In this document: piece by piece, positions 47,787 to 58,056 of the stretch
Layout of the letters: each line of letters opens with the position of its first letter
Numbering within the stretch: the first letter of the stretch is position 1
Assembly (NCBI GenBank): GCA_036229005.1
Contig: JAZAMN010000052.1
Coordinates: 426,565-490,564, forward strand
DNA length: 64,000 nucleotides
Source of the DNA: Myxococcota bacterium
GTDB lineage: Bacteria; Myxococcota_A; UBA796; CAJQPC01
Direction: 5' to 3'
The notes under the pieces: generated by a model
Seen by the model: only the letters and a program-made list of their open reading frames with translations
Databases searched by the model: none
What the model was told of the DNA's origin: nothing
Position numbers and translations under genes: made by a program

Positions 47787-48662
47787 CTACTCCAGGGAGA
47801 GCTGACGGGCCCGCTCGAAGAGCATCACCGCCGCGGTCACCGAGACGTTGAGCGACTCGAGCTCGCCCTGCAGGGGCACCCCGGCGATGACATCGCAGCG
47901 GGACCGCAGGGTGGAGCTGAGTCCCTTGGACTCGCCGCCCAGGACCAGCGCCGTGGGGATGCGCCAGTCCACGTCCCAGTGGGAGACGCCCCCCATGTCC
48001 GCGCCGACGACCCGCAGGCCGTACTTCTTGCAGATCTTGAGGGCGGAGCTGATGCCTTCACGGATCAGGGGGACCGCTTCGGCGCCGCCCATGCTGACGC
48101 GGTGGACGACCGGAGACAGGCCCTTGCCGCGCCGGGTGGGGATGACCACCGCGTGGACCCCGGCCCCCAGCGCCGAGCGCAGGATGGCGCCCAGGTTGTG
48201 TTCGTAGGAGAGCTCGTCGGCCAGCACGATGAACGGCGTCTCCCCGCGGGAGATCAGCTCCTCGAGCATCTGGGTCATCGTGTAGTCGGGCAGCGGCTCC
48301 GCATGCGCGATGACGCCGTTGTGGACCTCGCCAGCCGCCATGCGGTCCAGCTGCTCCCGGTCCACCCGCTCGACCTTGACCCCCGCCGACTCCGCGAGGC
48401 TCAGCATGCGCGTGATCTTGGGATCGGGCTTGGCCCGGCCGTCCAGGTAGATCTTGCGCACCTTGCGCCGCTGCCTCAGCAGTGCCTCGACGACGGGGTT
48501 GCGTCCTTCGAGCTGCTCGAGGCCCCGTGGGATGTCGGAGCGTTGGGCCGGGCGGTGTGGACGCGGTCCCCCACCTCCTCGCTTGCCCTTGGAGCGATGG
48601 GGGGCGCCGCCGCCCTTGCGAGGACGCCCGGAGCGCCCCTTGTTCTTGCGTTCGTCAGTCAT
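47787..48662 (-). CDS. rlmB: 23S rRNA (guanosine-2'-O)-methyltransferase RlmB (SPOUT)
   Basis: GRNPVVEAL, HNGV, HNLGAILRSA, LGGESKGL, ESLNVSV. Confidence 0.9.
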   Translation of the reverse strand: MTDERKNKGRSGRPRKGGGAPHRSKGKRGGGGPRPHRPAQRSDIPRGLEQLEGRNPVVEALLRQRRKVRKIYLDGRAKPDPKITRMLSLAESAGVKVERVDREQLDRMAAGEVHNGVIAHAEPLPDYTMTQMLEELISRGETPFIVLADELSYEHNLGAILRSALGAGVHAVVIPTRRGKGLSPVVHRVSMGGAEAVPLIREGISSALKICKKYGLRVVGADMGGVSHWDVDWRIPTALVLGGESKGLSSTLRSRCDVIAGVPLQGELESLNVSVTAAVMLFERARQLSLE

Positions 48663-48663
48663 G

Positions 48664-50001
48664 TCAGAGGAGGTTCGCGGCCTGCTCGGCGAGCTCGGAG
48701 CGCTCACCCTTGCGCAGGGTGATGTGGCCCGCCAGCGGCGAGCCCTTGAAGCGCTCGACCACATAGGTCAGGCCGTTGGAGGTCGCGTCCACGTAGGGGT
48801 TGTCGATCTGGTAGGGGTCGCCGGTGAGGATGATCTTGGTCCCCTCACCCGCCCGCGTGAGCACGGTCTTGACCTCATGCGGGGTGAGGTTCTGGGCCTC
48901 GTCCACGATGAAGTACTGCTTGGGCATCGAGCGGCCGCGGATGTAGGTCAGCGGCTCGACCTCGATGATGCCCTGGTCGATCAGCGGCTGGTAGCTGGGC
49001 TGGCCGCCGCGGCGCTCTTCGTTCTCCCCGAGCAGGAGCTCCAGGTTGTCGAAGATGGGCTTCATCCAGGGGTTCATCTTGTCGTTCAGGTCGCCGGGCA
49101 GGTAGCCCAGGTCCTTGCCCAGGGGGAAGATGGGCCGGGAGACGACCAGGCGGCGGAAGGCCCGCTCATCGGCCACGCGCTGGAGGCCACAGGCGATGGC
49201 CAAGAGGGTCTTTCCGGTGCCGGCCATGCCGTCGATGGTCACGAGCTTGATGTCGTCATCGAGCAGCAGGTCCAGGGCAAAGAGTTGCTCCTTGTTGCGG
49301 GCGAAGATGCCCCAGACGCCCTCTTTGTGCCGGCCGACCAGGCGCAGCACCTTGGCCGTGGCGTCGTAGCGGCACATGGCGGTCTGGCGGGGGTTCTCCT
49401 CGGCAGAGAGCATCAGGAACTGGTTGGGGTTCAGGCCCGTCTGCTCCCAGGCCAGGCTCCCGTCCGCGTAGAGGCGGTCGATGCGCTCGCTGGGGACGCT
49501 GCGCTCGGCGACGCCGCGGTAGGCCTCCTCGACGTCGATGTGCGCGTTCTCGAAGTCCTCGGCCCGCACCCCCAGCGCGTCGGCCTTGATGCGCATGTTG
49601 GTGTCGCGCGTGACCAGCACCACGGGGTTGTCGTGGTTCTCATGGAGCTGCAGCACGGTCCGCAGGATGAGGTTGTCGTTGCCCTTCTTGCCAAATCCCG
49701 GCGGCAGCTTGGCCCGGTCGGTGGGCATCGCGATGCGCAGGCTCCCCCCCCGCTCAAGCTTCACGCCGTCCGCCAGGTTGCCCTGCTCCCGGAGCCGGTC
49801 CAGGTGGCGCGACACGGTGCGGGCGTTCCGGCCCGTCTCGGACAGGTCCTTCTTGAAGGTGTCGACCTCCTCGATCACGGTGATCGGGATGACGACCTCG
49901 TGCTCATCGAACACAAACAGGCAGTTCGGGTCGTAGAGCAGGACGTTGGTGTCCAACACAAAGGTGCGACTGGTGCCGTCGCTGACGAGAGACTCGACCA
50001 T
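48664..50001 (-). CDS. PIN-PhoH family protein (PhoH2)
   Basis: FVLDTNVLL PIN domain, GMAGTGKT, YIRGRS, DEAQN, GDPYQID. Confidence 0.93.
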   Translation of the reverse strand: MVESLVSDGTSRTFVLDTNVLLYDPNCLFVFDEHEVVIPITVIEEVDTFKKDLSETGRNARTVSRHLDRLREQGNLADGVKLERGGSLRIAMPTDRAKLPPGFGKKGNDNLILRTVLQLHENHDNPVVLVTRDTNMRIKADALGVRAEDFENAHIDVEEAYRGVAERSVPSERIDRLYADGSLAWEQTGLNPNQFLMLSAEENPRQTAMCRYDATAKVLRLVGRHKEGVWGIFARNKEQLFALDLLLDDDIKLVTIDGMAGTGKTLLAIACGLQRVADERAFRRLVVSRPIFPLGKDLGYLPGDLNDKMNPWMKPIFDNLELLLGENEERRGGQPSYQPLIDQGIIEVEPLTYIRGRSMPKQYFIVDEAQNLTPHEVKTVLTRAGEGTKIILTGDPYQIDNPYVDATSNGLTYVVERFKGSPLAGHITLRKGERSELAEQAANLL

Positions 50002-50062
50002 TGGTGTGGGTCCGCGGCTGGGGGGATGGGCGGCGAGCCCGCGAGGCGGGAGGGGGGCGGAC

Positions 50063-50770
50063 TCAGGGGAGGGTGAGCTGGCGCCGGAAGGTCGCGCCAG
50101 CAGGATCGTCGCTGGAGCGCCGCGAGAACACAAGCGCGGGCTCCGCGATGGTCAGCACGCCGTCGATGTTCTCACCGGGCGCGACGTAGACGTGCAGCAC
50201 GCCTCCACCCAGGCTGGCGGTCTGCAGGGCGTTGACCTCGACCTGGTTCTCGCCGGGGTGCAGGAAGGGCGCCAGGTCGATCATCACCGGGGCGCCGCCG
50301 CTGCTGTAGTTGGTGACCAGCGCGCCGTTGACCTTGATCTCCAGCGCGTGGCCCTGCGACCCGTTGTCCTCGACGATGAGCCACCAGGCCTCTGCGGGGA
50401 TGGCTGAGACAGGAGGCGAGAGCGGTGCGGTCACAGCCGACTGCACCCCCTGGCTCCCCTCCCCCTCCAACACAGGCTGGGGATCGGGCGCCGGCGAGGA
50501 ACTGCTGGGTCCAACCACCGGCTGAGGCTCTGGGGCGGGCTGCTCCGGCACCGTGGACTGAGGCACCGTGGGCTCGGGCTCAGGGGCAGGCGTGCTCTCC
50601 TGGCCAGCGACCTCGACGATGAGGTTGGGCGCGGTGATGTAGATGTTCCCCTGCTCGTCGATGCGCACATCCACGTCTTCGATCTCGAAGTTGCGCAGGC
50701 TGTTGGCCTTCACGCCGTTGATGTACACCGAGCCCCCGAACAGGAGCCCCGCGAGCAGGGTGGGAATCAC
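50063..50770 (-). CDS. Secreted hypothetical protein with Pro-rich linker
   Basis: Hydrophobic N-terminus, two beta-rich domains; GTGA overlap with ihfB. Confidence 0.6.
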   Translation of the reverse strand: MIPTLLAGLLFGGSVYINGVKANSLRNFEIEDVDVRIDEQGNIYITAPNLIVEVAGQESTPAPEPEPTVPQSTVPEQPAPEPQPVVGPSSSSPAPDPQPVLEGEGSQGVQSAVTAPLSPPVSAIPAEAWWLIVEDNGSQGHALEIKVNGALVTNYSSGGAPVMIDLAPFLHPGENQVEVNALQTASLGGGVLHVYVAPGENIDGVLTIAEPALVFSRRSSDDPAGATFRRQLTLP

Positions 50771-51054
50771 GCGTCCTCTCCGCCGTTGACCCGGACGCGG
50801 AGCTCCTTGCCCACCTTGAACACCGGCAGCACCTTGGGTGCGACCTTGATGGCCTGGGCGGTCTTGGGGTTCCGACCGGTGTAGCCATCGTAGTAGCGGG
50901 TCTTGAAGCTGCCAAATCCCCGGATCTCGATGCGCTCTCCGGCCACGAGGGCGTCCCGCATCCCGTCGAAGATCAGGTTGACCACCTCCTCGGCGGTGCG
51001 CCGAGGGATGTTCCGGACCAGGGCCACCTCGTCGATAAGCTCAGACTTGGTCAT
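50767..51054 (-). CDS. ihfB: Integration host factor beta / HU family
   Basis: MTKSELI, RIEIRGFGSF, GRNPKT, FKVGKELR. Confidence 0.9.
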   Translation of the reverse strand: MTKSELIDEVALVRNIPRRTAEEVVNLIFDGMRDALVAGERIEIRGFGSFKTRYYDGYTGRNPKTAQAIKVAPKVLPVFKVGKELRVRVNGGEDA

Positions 51055-51063
51055 GGTGTCTCC

Positions 51064-52260
51064 TCAGCCCTGCTCAGCCTGGGTGGCTTCCTGCTGCCCC
51101 TCGATGACAACACCCGGGGTCGCGGGGGTCAGCCACTTGACCAGGACGGGCTTCACCTTCTCCATCACCAGGATGGAGGGGGTCGCCACGAAGATGGTCG
51201 AGTAGGTACCGACGACCACACCGATGCCCATGGCCAGGGCGAAGTTCCGGATGACCGGGCCGCCGAGCACCAGGAAGGCGATGATGCCGAACAGGGTGGT
51301 GATGGAGGTCGCGAGGGTACGGCCGAGGGTGTCGTTGATCGAGTCGTTGATCAGCTTCTCGGTCTCGCTGCGGCGGTAGCGCCGCATGTTCTCGCGGATC
51401 CGGTCGTAGATGACGATCGTGTCGTTCAGCGAGTAGCCGATGATGGTCAGCAGCGCGCCGATCATGGACAGGTTCACCTCGAGCTGGAAGACGGTGAACA
51501 GTCCCAGCGTGAGGGCGACGTCGTGGATCAGGGCCAGGATGGCGCCGGGCGCGAACACCACGTCGAAGCGGAACGCGATGTAGAGCAGGATGAGCCCCAG
51601 GGTGGCGGCCATGGCCAGGATGCCCTGGGTGCGCAGGTCACCACCGACCTTGGGGCCGACGGAGTCCACGGAGCGGACCTCGAAGGCGTGGCCCTCGAAG
51701 GCCTGCTTGATGTTGGACTCGATCTTGGCGGACAGGCCGGTCAGCTCGACCTGGAAGGTGTTGTCCTCGGCGAAGGCCTTGGGGCGCGCACCCTCGATGC
51801 CCTTGAGCTGCTCCTTGAGGAGCTCGAGGTCGACCTCGACGCCGGGCTTGTGCTCGATGATGACGCGGGTGGAGACCTGGGCGTCCAGGCGGGGGTTCAC
51901 GACGAAGTCGGCCCCGTAGTTCTGGGCCAGGACCTCCAGCACCTCGGCCTCGACCTCTTCGGCGCCGATGGTGGTGTCGCGGACGCGGATGGAGAACTCG
52001 TGGTCCGCCTCGTCGTTGATCTGCTGGACGGCGTCGTCACCGAGCCCCAGGGTGGTCAGGGCGGTGCGGACCTCGCCGATGCTGATGTCCTCGTCGAACT
52101 TGACGGTGATCTCGGTGCCGCCGGTGAAGTCGATGCCCCAGTTGGGCTGGACGACGACGGTCAGGACCAGGGACACCAGGACCAGCAGCGCCGAGATGGC
52201 GCCGAAGATCTTGCGCATGCCGACGAAGTCGACACTCTTCTTGGGCTTGAGAAAGTTCAT
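51064..52260 (-). CDS. secF: Protein translocase subunit SecF
   Basis: GIDFTGG, VGPKVG, GYSLNDTIVIYDRIREN. Confidence 0.96.
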   Translation of the reverse strand: MNFLKPKKSVDFVGMRKIFGAISALLVLVSLVLTVVVQPNWGIDFTGGTEITVKFDEDISIGEVRTALTTLGLGDDAVQQINDEADHEFSIRVRDTTIGAEEVEAEVLEVLAQNYGADFVVNPRLDAQVSTRVIIEHKPGVEVDLELLKEQLKGIEGARPKAFAEDNTFQVELTGLSAKIESNIKQAFEGHAFEVRSVDSVGPKVGGDLRTQGILAMAATLGLILLYIAFRFDVVFAPGAILALIHDVALTLGLFTVFQLEVNLSMIGALLTIIGYSLNDTIVIYDRIRENMRRYRRSETEKLINDSINDTLGRTLATSITTLFGIIAFLVLGGPVIRNFALAMGIGVVVGTYSTIFVATPSILVMEKVKPVLVKWLTPATPGVVIEGQQEATQAEQG

Positions 52261-52267
52261 GGGTGCC

Positions 52268-54046
52268 TCAGAAGGCCAGGCGCGCAGTGGACTTGCGGAC
52301 CAGGAAGTCCATCAGCGTGCGGGACACGAAGATGGCCGTGAAGAGGGTGGTGAGGATGCCGATGAGCAGCGTCACGGCGAAGCCCTTGATGGGGCCGGTG
52401 CCGTAGCTGTAGAGCACCACGCCGGCGATGCCGGTGGTGATGTTGGCGTCCATGACCGCGGAGAGCGCGTGGGCGTAGCCGGTCTCGACCGCCTTGCGGG
52501 GGTTGCGACCCAGGGCGAGCTCCTCGCGGATGCGCTCGTAGATGATGATGTTCGCGTCCACCGCCATACCGACGGTCAGCGCGATGCCGGCGATGCCGGG
52601 CAGGGTCAGCGTGGCGTCGAAGAGCGCGAGCATGGCCAGCACGAAGAACACGTTCAGGCTCAGGCCGACGGTCGCGACCAGACCGGGCTTCCGGTAGTAG
52701 ATGACCATGAAGACGATGACGAGGATGCCGCCGATGAGCACGGCCTCGGAGCCGTCCTCGATGGCGTCAGCGCCCAGGGAGGCGCCGACGACCCGGACCT
52801 CACCGACGGTGATGGGGGCAGGCAGCGCGCCGGTGCGGAGCACCAGGGAGAGCTTGGAGGCGTCCGCGGACTTCTGCTCGAAGCCGCCGGTGCCCATGGA
52901 GATCTGGGCGCGACCGCCGGTGATGGGCTCGTTGATGTTGGGAGCGGACTGCAGCTCCTTGTCGAGCACGATGGCGAAGCGCTTGTTGACGTTCTCCGTG
53001 GTGACCTTGGCGAAGATCTTGGCCCCGCGGGGCTTGAACTCCATCGACACGACCGGCTGGTTGTTCTGGTCGTAGGCGGTCTGGGCGTCGTTGATGTCGT
53101 CGCCGGAGAGGATGACCTCGGACTGCAGCATCAGGGGGGTGGCCCAGCGGTCACCGCGCTGCTCGTTGTAGTTGCCGGAGCCGAGCTCGGCGGCGGTGTC
53201 GGCGTACTGCCACATCAGGACGTTGCCCTGACCCATCAGCCCGTTGTCCTGGAGCCAGTAGTTGAGCTCCTGGTCGTTGGAGTAGTCCTGGCCGGCGGCC
53301 TCCATGGCCTTCTTGGCCTTCTTGACGGCCTCCTCCACGGCGGCGGGCTGGAACTGCTCGTCGACCATGTAGAACTCGAGCAGCGCGGTGGTGCCGAGCA
53401 CGTCGATGGCCTGCTTGGCGTCGCTCACGCCGGGGAGCTGCACGTTGATGCGGCGGTTGCCCTTGCGGACGATCTGGGGCTCCTTCACGCCGGTCTCGTC
53501 CACGCGGTTGCGCAGCATCTCGACGGCCTGCTCGATGGCGCCCTCTTCGATCTCGGCGCGGGCCTCCTCCGTCAGGTGGAAGTGGTAGACGCCCTCGTGC
53601 TCGCCCTCGTAGCTGTACTCGGGGAACTTCTTGGCGACGTTGGCGCGGAAGTCGGAGATGTCCGTGCCGGGGGCCAGCTCGACCTCCAGGATGGGCTCCC
53701 CGCGCATGCGGCGGATGTCCTTGACCGCGATGCCCTCGTCCTCGGCCAGGGAGAGCATGGGCTGGGCGTCACGGGCGACCATGGAGAGCACAGCCTCGTC
53801 CATGTCGACGTCCAGGGTCAGGTCGATGCCGCCCTGCAGGTCCAGGCCCAGGTTCAGGCGACTGTCGGGCAGCAGGCCCTCCCACCAGGTCTCGTCCTCG
53901 GCGAGCTCAGCGCTGTCCTCGGACTGCACACCCTCGGCCATCGCGCTCATGTCCTGCTTGCCCATGAAGGTCGGCAGCAGCAGCCAGATCGACACCAGCA
54001 GGGACAACAGGATGGTGCTCATGCGCACCCACCAGCTTCCAGTCAC
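52268..54046 (-). CDS. secD: Protein translocase subunit SecD
   Basis: LGLDLQGG, LRTGALP, GMAVDANIIIYERIREE. Confidence 0.96.
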   Translation of the reverse strand: MTGSWWVRMSTILLSLLVSIWLLLPTFMGKQDMSAMAEGVQSEDSAELAEDETWWEGLLPDSRLNLGLDLQGGIDLTLDVDMDEAVLSMVARDAQPMLSLAEDEGIAVKDIRRMRGEPILEVELAPGTDISDFRANVAKKFPEYSYEGEHEGVYHFHLTEEARAEIEEGAIEQAVEMLRNRVDETGVKEPQIVRKGNRRINVQLPGVSDAKQAIDVLGTTALLEFYMVDEQFQPAAVEEAVKKAKKAMEAAGQDYSNDQELNYWLQDNGLMGQGNVLMWQYADTAAELGSGNYNEQRGDRWATPLMLQSEVILSGDDINDAQTAYDQNNQPVVSMEFKPRGAKIFAKVTTENVNKRFAIVLDKELQSAPNINEPITGGRAQISMGTGGFEQKSADASKLSLVLRTGALPAPITVGEVRVVGASLGADAIEDGSEAVLIGGILVIVFMVIYYRKPGLVATVGLSLNVFFVLAMLALFDATLTLPGIAGIALTVGMAVDANIIIYERIREELALGRNPRKAVETGYAHALSAVMDANITTGIAGVVLYSYGTGPIKGFAVTLLIGILTTLFTAIFVSRTLMDFLVRKSTARLAF

Positions 54047-54393
54047 GACGCATCCCCTTCGACCTTGCCGTAGCGCCCGGAGATGGACTCCTTCTTGATG
54101 CGCATGCGGGTCTTGTCGTTGATCTCGAGCACGACGATCTCATCCTCGACCGCGAAGATGGTCCCCACGATGCCGCCCTCGGAGACGACCTCATCGCCCT
54201 TCTTGAGGGTGGTCAGCAGCTCCTCGTGCTCCTTCCGGGCCTTCTGCTGAGGCCGGATCATCAGGAAGTAGAAGGCCGCGAACACCAGGATCAGCATGGG
54301 GAGCTGAGAGGTCAGGCCTCCCAAGCCGCCGCCCTCGGCCTGGAGCGGGAGTGCAGCGAGCGCTGCGGGGATGCTGAGGGGAAGGGTCATCAT
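54043..54393 (-). CDS. yajC: Preprotein translocase subunit YajC
   Basis: FYFLMIRPQQK, LKKGDEVV, GGIVG; lies between tgt and secD. Confidence 0.95.
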   Translation of the reverse strand: MMTLPLSIPAALAALPLQAEGGGLGGLTSQLPMLILVFAAFYFLMIRPQQKARKEHEELLTTLKKGDEVVSEGGIVGTIFAVEDEIVVLEINDKTRMRIKKESISGRYGKVEGDAS

Positions 54394-55541
54394 TGCTCCT
54401 GGGGGTCCTGGTAGGGACCTGACCAGACAAGGGCCTGCTCCCGGAGGGCCTGGAGTGCGTCCGGGCCCTGGTCGATGGCGTCGCGGATGCGGGCCATCAG
54501 TCGTTGGTAGAAGGCGAGGTTGTGCAGGGTGAAGAGCCTCGGGGCCAACAGGTCCCCCACCTGGTGGAGGTGTCGGAGGTAGGCCCGAGAGAAAGACGCC
54601 AGCGGGTAACACGTCCCGCCGGGCTCGACCGGACGTGGATCGTCCTTGAATCTTGAGTGTTTGATGGCCAGGCGGCCATGCTCGGTGAACAGATAGCCGA
54701 AGCGCGCGGTCCTGGACGGGAGCACGCAGTCGAACATGTCCACGCCGCGAATCACCGCATCCACGATGTCCACGGGGTAGCCGACGCCCATGAGGTACCG
54801 GACCTTGTCGGCGGGCAGGTGGGGGGTGGTCGCGGAGATCATCGCGTTCATGGACGCCTTGTCCTCGCCGACCGAGAGTCCCCCCAGAGCGTAGCCATCC
54901 AGATCCAGAGCGGTGATCTCCTGAGCGTGGGCGGCCCGCAGATCCTCGAACATCCCCCCCTGCACGATGCCGAACAGGGCGGTGGTGTCGGGCTTGCGGC
55001 GGGCATCCTTGCAGCGCTGCAGCCAGCGGGTGGTGCGCTCAGTGGCCCGCTTCACGTAGCGCTTGTCGGTGGAGAGCTTGGGGCACTCGTCCAGCGGCAT
55101 GGCGACGTCGACGCCCAGGGCCTCCTGGATCTCCACGCAGATCTCGGGCGACATGAAGCGCCACTCGCGGTCGTGGGGCGAGAGGAACTTGACCCCCTTC
55201 TCGGAGAGCTTGACCTTCTCGCCAAAGGAGAAGACCTGGAAGCCGCCACTGTCCGTCAGGATGGGGCCGTTCCAGCCCATGAAGCGGTGCAGGCCGCCCA
55301 GGCGCTCCACGCGCTCGTGGCCCACCGTGTCCCAGATGTGGAAGGCGTTGGAGAGGATGATGTCGGCGCCGACGGGGTCGCGGAGCTCGGCGGGGTGCAG
55401 ACCCTTGACCACCGCCTGGGTGCCGACCGGCATGAACGCGGGTGTGGGCACCGTCCCATGCGCGAGGTGCAGCTCACCGCGACGGGCGGCCCCAGCGGTG
55501 GCCTTGAGGGTGTAGCGGGCTGGCCTGTCTGCGTGGCTCAA
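54390..55541 (-). CDS. tgt: Queuine tRNA-ribosyltransferase (tRNA-guanine transglycosylase)
   Basis: TPAFMPVGT, TDSGGFQ, FGIVQGG, GLSVGE, YLMGVG, DMFDCV. Confidence 0.95.
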   Translation of the reverse strand: MSHADRPARYTLKATAGAARRGELHLAHGTVPTPAFMPVGTQAVVKGLHPAELRDPVGADIILSNAFHIWDTVGHERVERLGGLHRFMGWNGPILTDSGGFQVFSFGEKVKLSEKGVKFLSPHDREWRFMSPEICVEIQEALGVDVAMPLDECPKLSTDKRYVKRATERTTRWLQRCKDARRKPDTTALFGIVQGGMFEDLRAAHAQEITALDLDGYALGGLSVGEDKASMNAMISATTPHLPADKVRYLMGVGYPVDIVDAVIRGVDMFDCVLPSRTARFGYLFTEHGRLAIKHSRFKDDPRPVEPGGTCYPLASFSRAYLRHLHQVGDLLAPRLFTLHNLAFYQRLMARIRDAIDQGPDALQALREQALVWSGPYQDPQEQ

Positions 55542-55593
55542 AGGTCTCTCGTCTGCGTTGGGTGGCTGCTGCTGCCCGCGTGGCCGCAAGGCT

Positions 55594-56667
55594 TCACACC
55601 AAGGCGCGGCCCGGCAAGTGAGCGCCTGGCTGCGGGAGCAGGAGCATCGCGTCGCCGTAGGAGTAGAAGCGGTAGCCGTCGCCGATAGCCTGTCTGTACG
55701 CAGCGAGCAGGCGCTCCCGCCCCACCAGGGCCCCGACCAGCATGAGCAGCGAGCTCGCGGGCAGGTGGAAGTTGGTCATCAGGCCGTCGATGACCTGGAA
55801 GCGGTATCCGGGGCGGATGAACATGCGCGTGCTCCCCTCCCCTGGCCGGACCCCGCCATTGCCGTCCGCGCAGGACTCCAAGGTCCGGGTGGAGGTGGTG
55901 CCGACCGCGATGACCCGCCCGCCGCGCGCCCGGGTCCGGGAGATGGCCTCGGCGGTCTCGGGGGGCAGGATGTAGCGCTCCTCGTGGAGCAATCCGCGCT
56001 CGATGTCCTCCGGCCGAAGGTTCCGGAAGGTGCCGGCCCCCACGTGGAGCGTCACCCGGGCGAGCTCTACACCGCGGGCGCCCAGCGCGGAGATCAGCCG
56101 CTCGGAGAGGTGCAGCCCAGCCGTCGGAGCGGCCACGGCCCCGGCCTCCCCCGCGAAGGTGGTCTGGTAGCGCTCCAGGTCGGCCGCCTCGGGGTCGCGC
56201 CCAAAGTAGGGCGGCAGCGGGATCTCCCCGGCCTGGGCCATCAGCTCCGCCGGCTCGGGGGTGCAGCGGACCCGCCAGGCGCCGCCCTCACCGCGCTCCA
56301 GCAGCTCCATGCTCCCGGGGCCCATCTGCAGGCGCTCGCCGACCTTGAGCCGCCGCCCCGGCCGCAACATCGCCATCACGGGGCCTGGACCGGGCTCCAG
56401 GAGCAGCGCCTCGACCTGCCCTCCGCTCTGCCGGCGTCCGTAGAGACGCGCATGCAGCACGCGGGTGTCATTGACCACCAGCAGATCGCCTGGCTCCAGC
56501 AGCTCCGGCAGGTCCAGGACCTGTTGGTGGAAGACGCCGTCCAGCTCGGGGGAAGGCCCGCCCGCGCGCAGCAGCATGAGGCGGCCGCCGTCGCGCTCTG
56601 CGGGGGGATGGGTCGCGATGCGCTCGGCGGGAAGCTCGAATCGCCAGGGGTGCAAGGGGTCGGACAC
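55594..56667 (-). CDS. queA: S-adenosylmethionine:tRNA ribosyltransferase-isomerase
   Basis: VNDTRV, PLPPY, AVAAPTAGLH, TLHVGAGTF, TNFHLP, YRFYSYGDAM. Confidence 0.96.
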   Translation of the reverse strand: MSDPLHPWRFELPAERIATHPPAERDGGRLMLLRAGGPSPELDGVFHQQVLDLPELLEPGDLLVVNDTRVLHARLYGRRQSGGQVEALLLEPGPGPVMAMLRPGRRLKVGERLQMGPGSMELLERGEGGAWRVRCTPEPAELMAQAGEIPLPPYFGRDPEAADLERYQTTFAGEAGAVAAPTAGLHLSERLISALGARGVELARVTLHVGAGTFRNLRPEDIERGLLHEERYILPPETAEAISRTRARGGRVIAVGTTSTRTLESCADGNGGVRPGEGSTRMFIRPGYRFQVIDGLMTNFHLPASSLLMLVGALVGRERLLAAYRQAIGDGYRFYSYGDAMLLLPQPGAHLPGRALV

Positions 56668-56700
56668 GGTTATGGCGGGGGCCTTCTGGAGTTCTTGAGC

Positions 56701-58032
56701 ATGAGCAAGCGTCCCCGCGAAGTAACCCGCCAGCGAAAGGCCGACCGACCCGCAGCCAAGCCCGTGGCTGCCCGGCCCCAGGCCCCCCAGCGCGAGGCCC
56801 AGGCCCGCGGTGGACAGCGCCGGGACCGCCGTCAGGAGCGCCCCCAGGCCGGCCCCCGCCCCACCGGCCCCAAGAAGGAGCTCTTTGACGAGGACGCCCT
56901 CGCCGAGCTCGCCAACATGGACGCCGACGCCTTCGCCCAGGCCATGGGCGGGGTGTTCACCGGCAAGCCCCAGCGCTTCAACAACGGCGACCGCATCCGG
57001 GGCCGCGTGGTCGGCGAGTCCGAGCGCTACTGGCTGCTGGACATCGGCGACAAGGCCGAGGCCGTCCTGTCCAAGGAGGAGCGCGCCACCGCTGAGATCG
57101 GCGAGGAGATCGAGGCCTTCGTGATGGGCCGCGATGAGCTGGGCCTGCGCGTCGGGACCAAGCTGGTCGGCGCCGGCGCCCGCGAGCACCTGGAGGACGC
57201 GGCCGAGTCCGGGATCCCCCTGGAGGGCCGCGTCGTCGCCCGCAACGCTGGCGGCTTCACCATCGAGGTCGCTGGCCAGAAGGCCTTCTGCCCCGTCTCC
57301 CACATCGACCTCGCCGCCGGCGGCGATCTGGACCGCTTCGTCGGCCGCAGCGTCACCGTCAAGATCCTGGAGATCCGCGGGCGCGACGTGGTCGTCTCCG
57401 CGCGGGCCTGGCAGGAGGAGCAGCGGGCCGAGGTCGCCGAGAAGCAGTGGGCCACCCTGCGCGAGGGCGACAGCCTCACCGGCACCGTTCGCCGTCTGGC
57501 CAACTTCGGCGCCTTCGTGGATGTCGGCGGCATCGACGGCCTGCTCCCCCGCTCCGAGATCAGCTGGGACCGCGCCGCCAAGGTCGAGGAGCTGCTCAGC
57601 GTCGGCCAGCAGGTCGAGGTCCGGGTGCTCAGCATCGACCCCCTCGCCAAGAAGCTCTCCCTGAGCCTCAAGGATCCCGCGGCCGCCCCCTGGACCCGCG
57701 TGGGCACCGAGTTCGTTGTCGGCCAGACCTACAGCGGCAAGGTCACCCGCGTGACCGACTTCGGCGCCTTCGTCCAGCTCGCTCCCGGGCTCGAGGGCCT
57801 CGTGCACATCTCCGCGATGTCCAGCGAGCGCGTCGAGCACCCCAGCGATGTCGTCAAGGAAGGCCAGAAGGTCAACGTGACCCTGCTGTCGGCCGACACC
57901 GAGGCCAAGCGCCTGGAGCTCTCCATGAAGGCCGGCGCTCAGGCCCGCGGTGGCAAGCCCCGTCAGGCCAGCGCCGGCACCCAGTCGCTCGGCACCTTCG
58001 CCGACCTCTTCGCCGCGGCCAAGAAGCGCTGA
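56701..58032 (+). CDS. S1 RNA-binding protein (short RpsA-like, four S1 domains)
   Basis: AFCPVSHID, FGAFVDVGGIDGLL, FGAFVQLAPGLEGLVHIS; ends in SLGTFADLF. Confidence 0.88.
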   Translation: MSKRPREVTRQRKADRPAAKPVAARPQAPQREAQARGGQRRDRRQERPQAGPRPTGPKKELFDEDALAELANMDADAFAQAMGGVFTGKPQRFNNGDRIRGRVVGESERYWLLDIGDKAEAVLSKEERATAEIGEEIEAFVMGRDELGLRVGTKLVGAGAREHLEDAAESGIPLEGRVVARNAGGFTIEVAGQKAFCPVSHIDLAAGGDLDRFVGRSVTVKILEIRGRDVVVSARAWQEEQRAEVAEKQWATLREGDSLTGTVRRLANFGAFVDVGGIDGLLPRSEISWDRAAKVEELLSVGQQVEVRVLSIDPLAKKLSLSLKDPAAAPWTRVGTEFVVGQTYSGKVTRVTDFGAFVQLAPGLEGLVHISAMSSERVEHPSDVVKEGQKVNVTLLSADTEAKRLELSMKAGAQARGGKPRQASAGTQSLGTFADLFAAAKKR

Positions 58033-58056
58033 GCCCTCTCTGAGCGGCCCCGGTGT

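Noticed and set aside
48664..50001. PIN-PhoH as a toxin-antitoxin module
   Set aside because: No small antitoxin gene lies upstream; this is a widespread protein in a housekeeping context.
55558..57840. ORF-track 824-aa S1 and 748-aa QueA proteins as fusion proteins
   Set aside because: The N-terminal extensions are antisense read-through of the divergent neighbour; the real starts are about 56701 (+) and 56667 (-).
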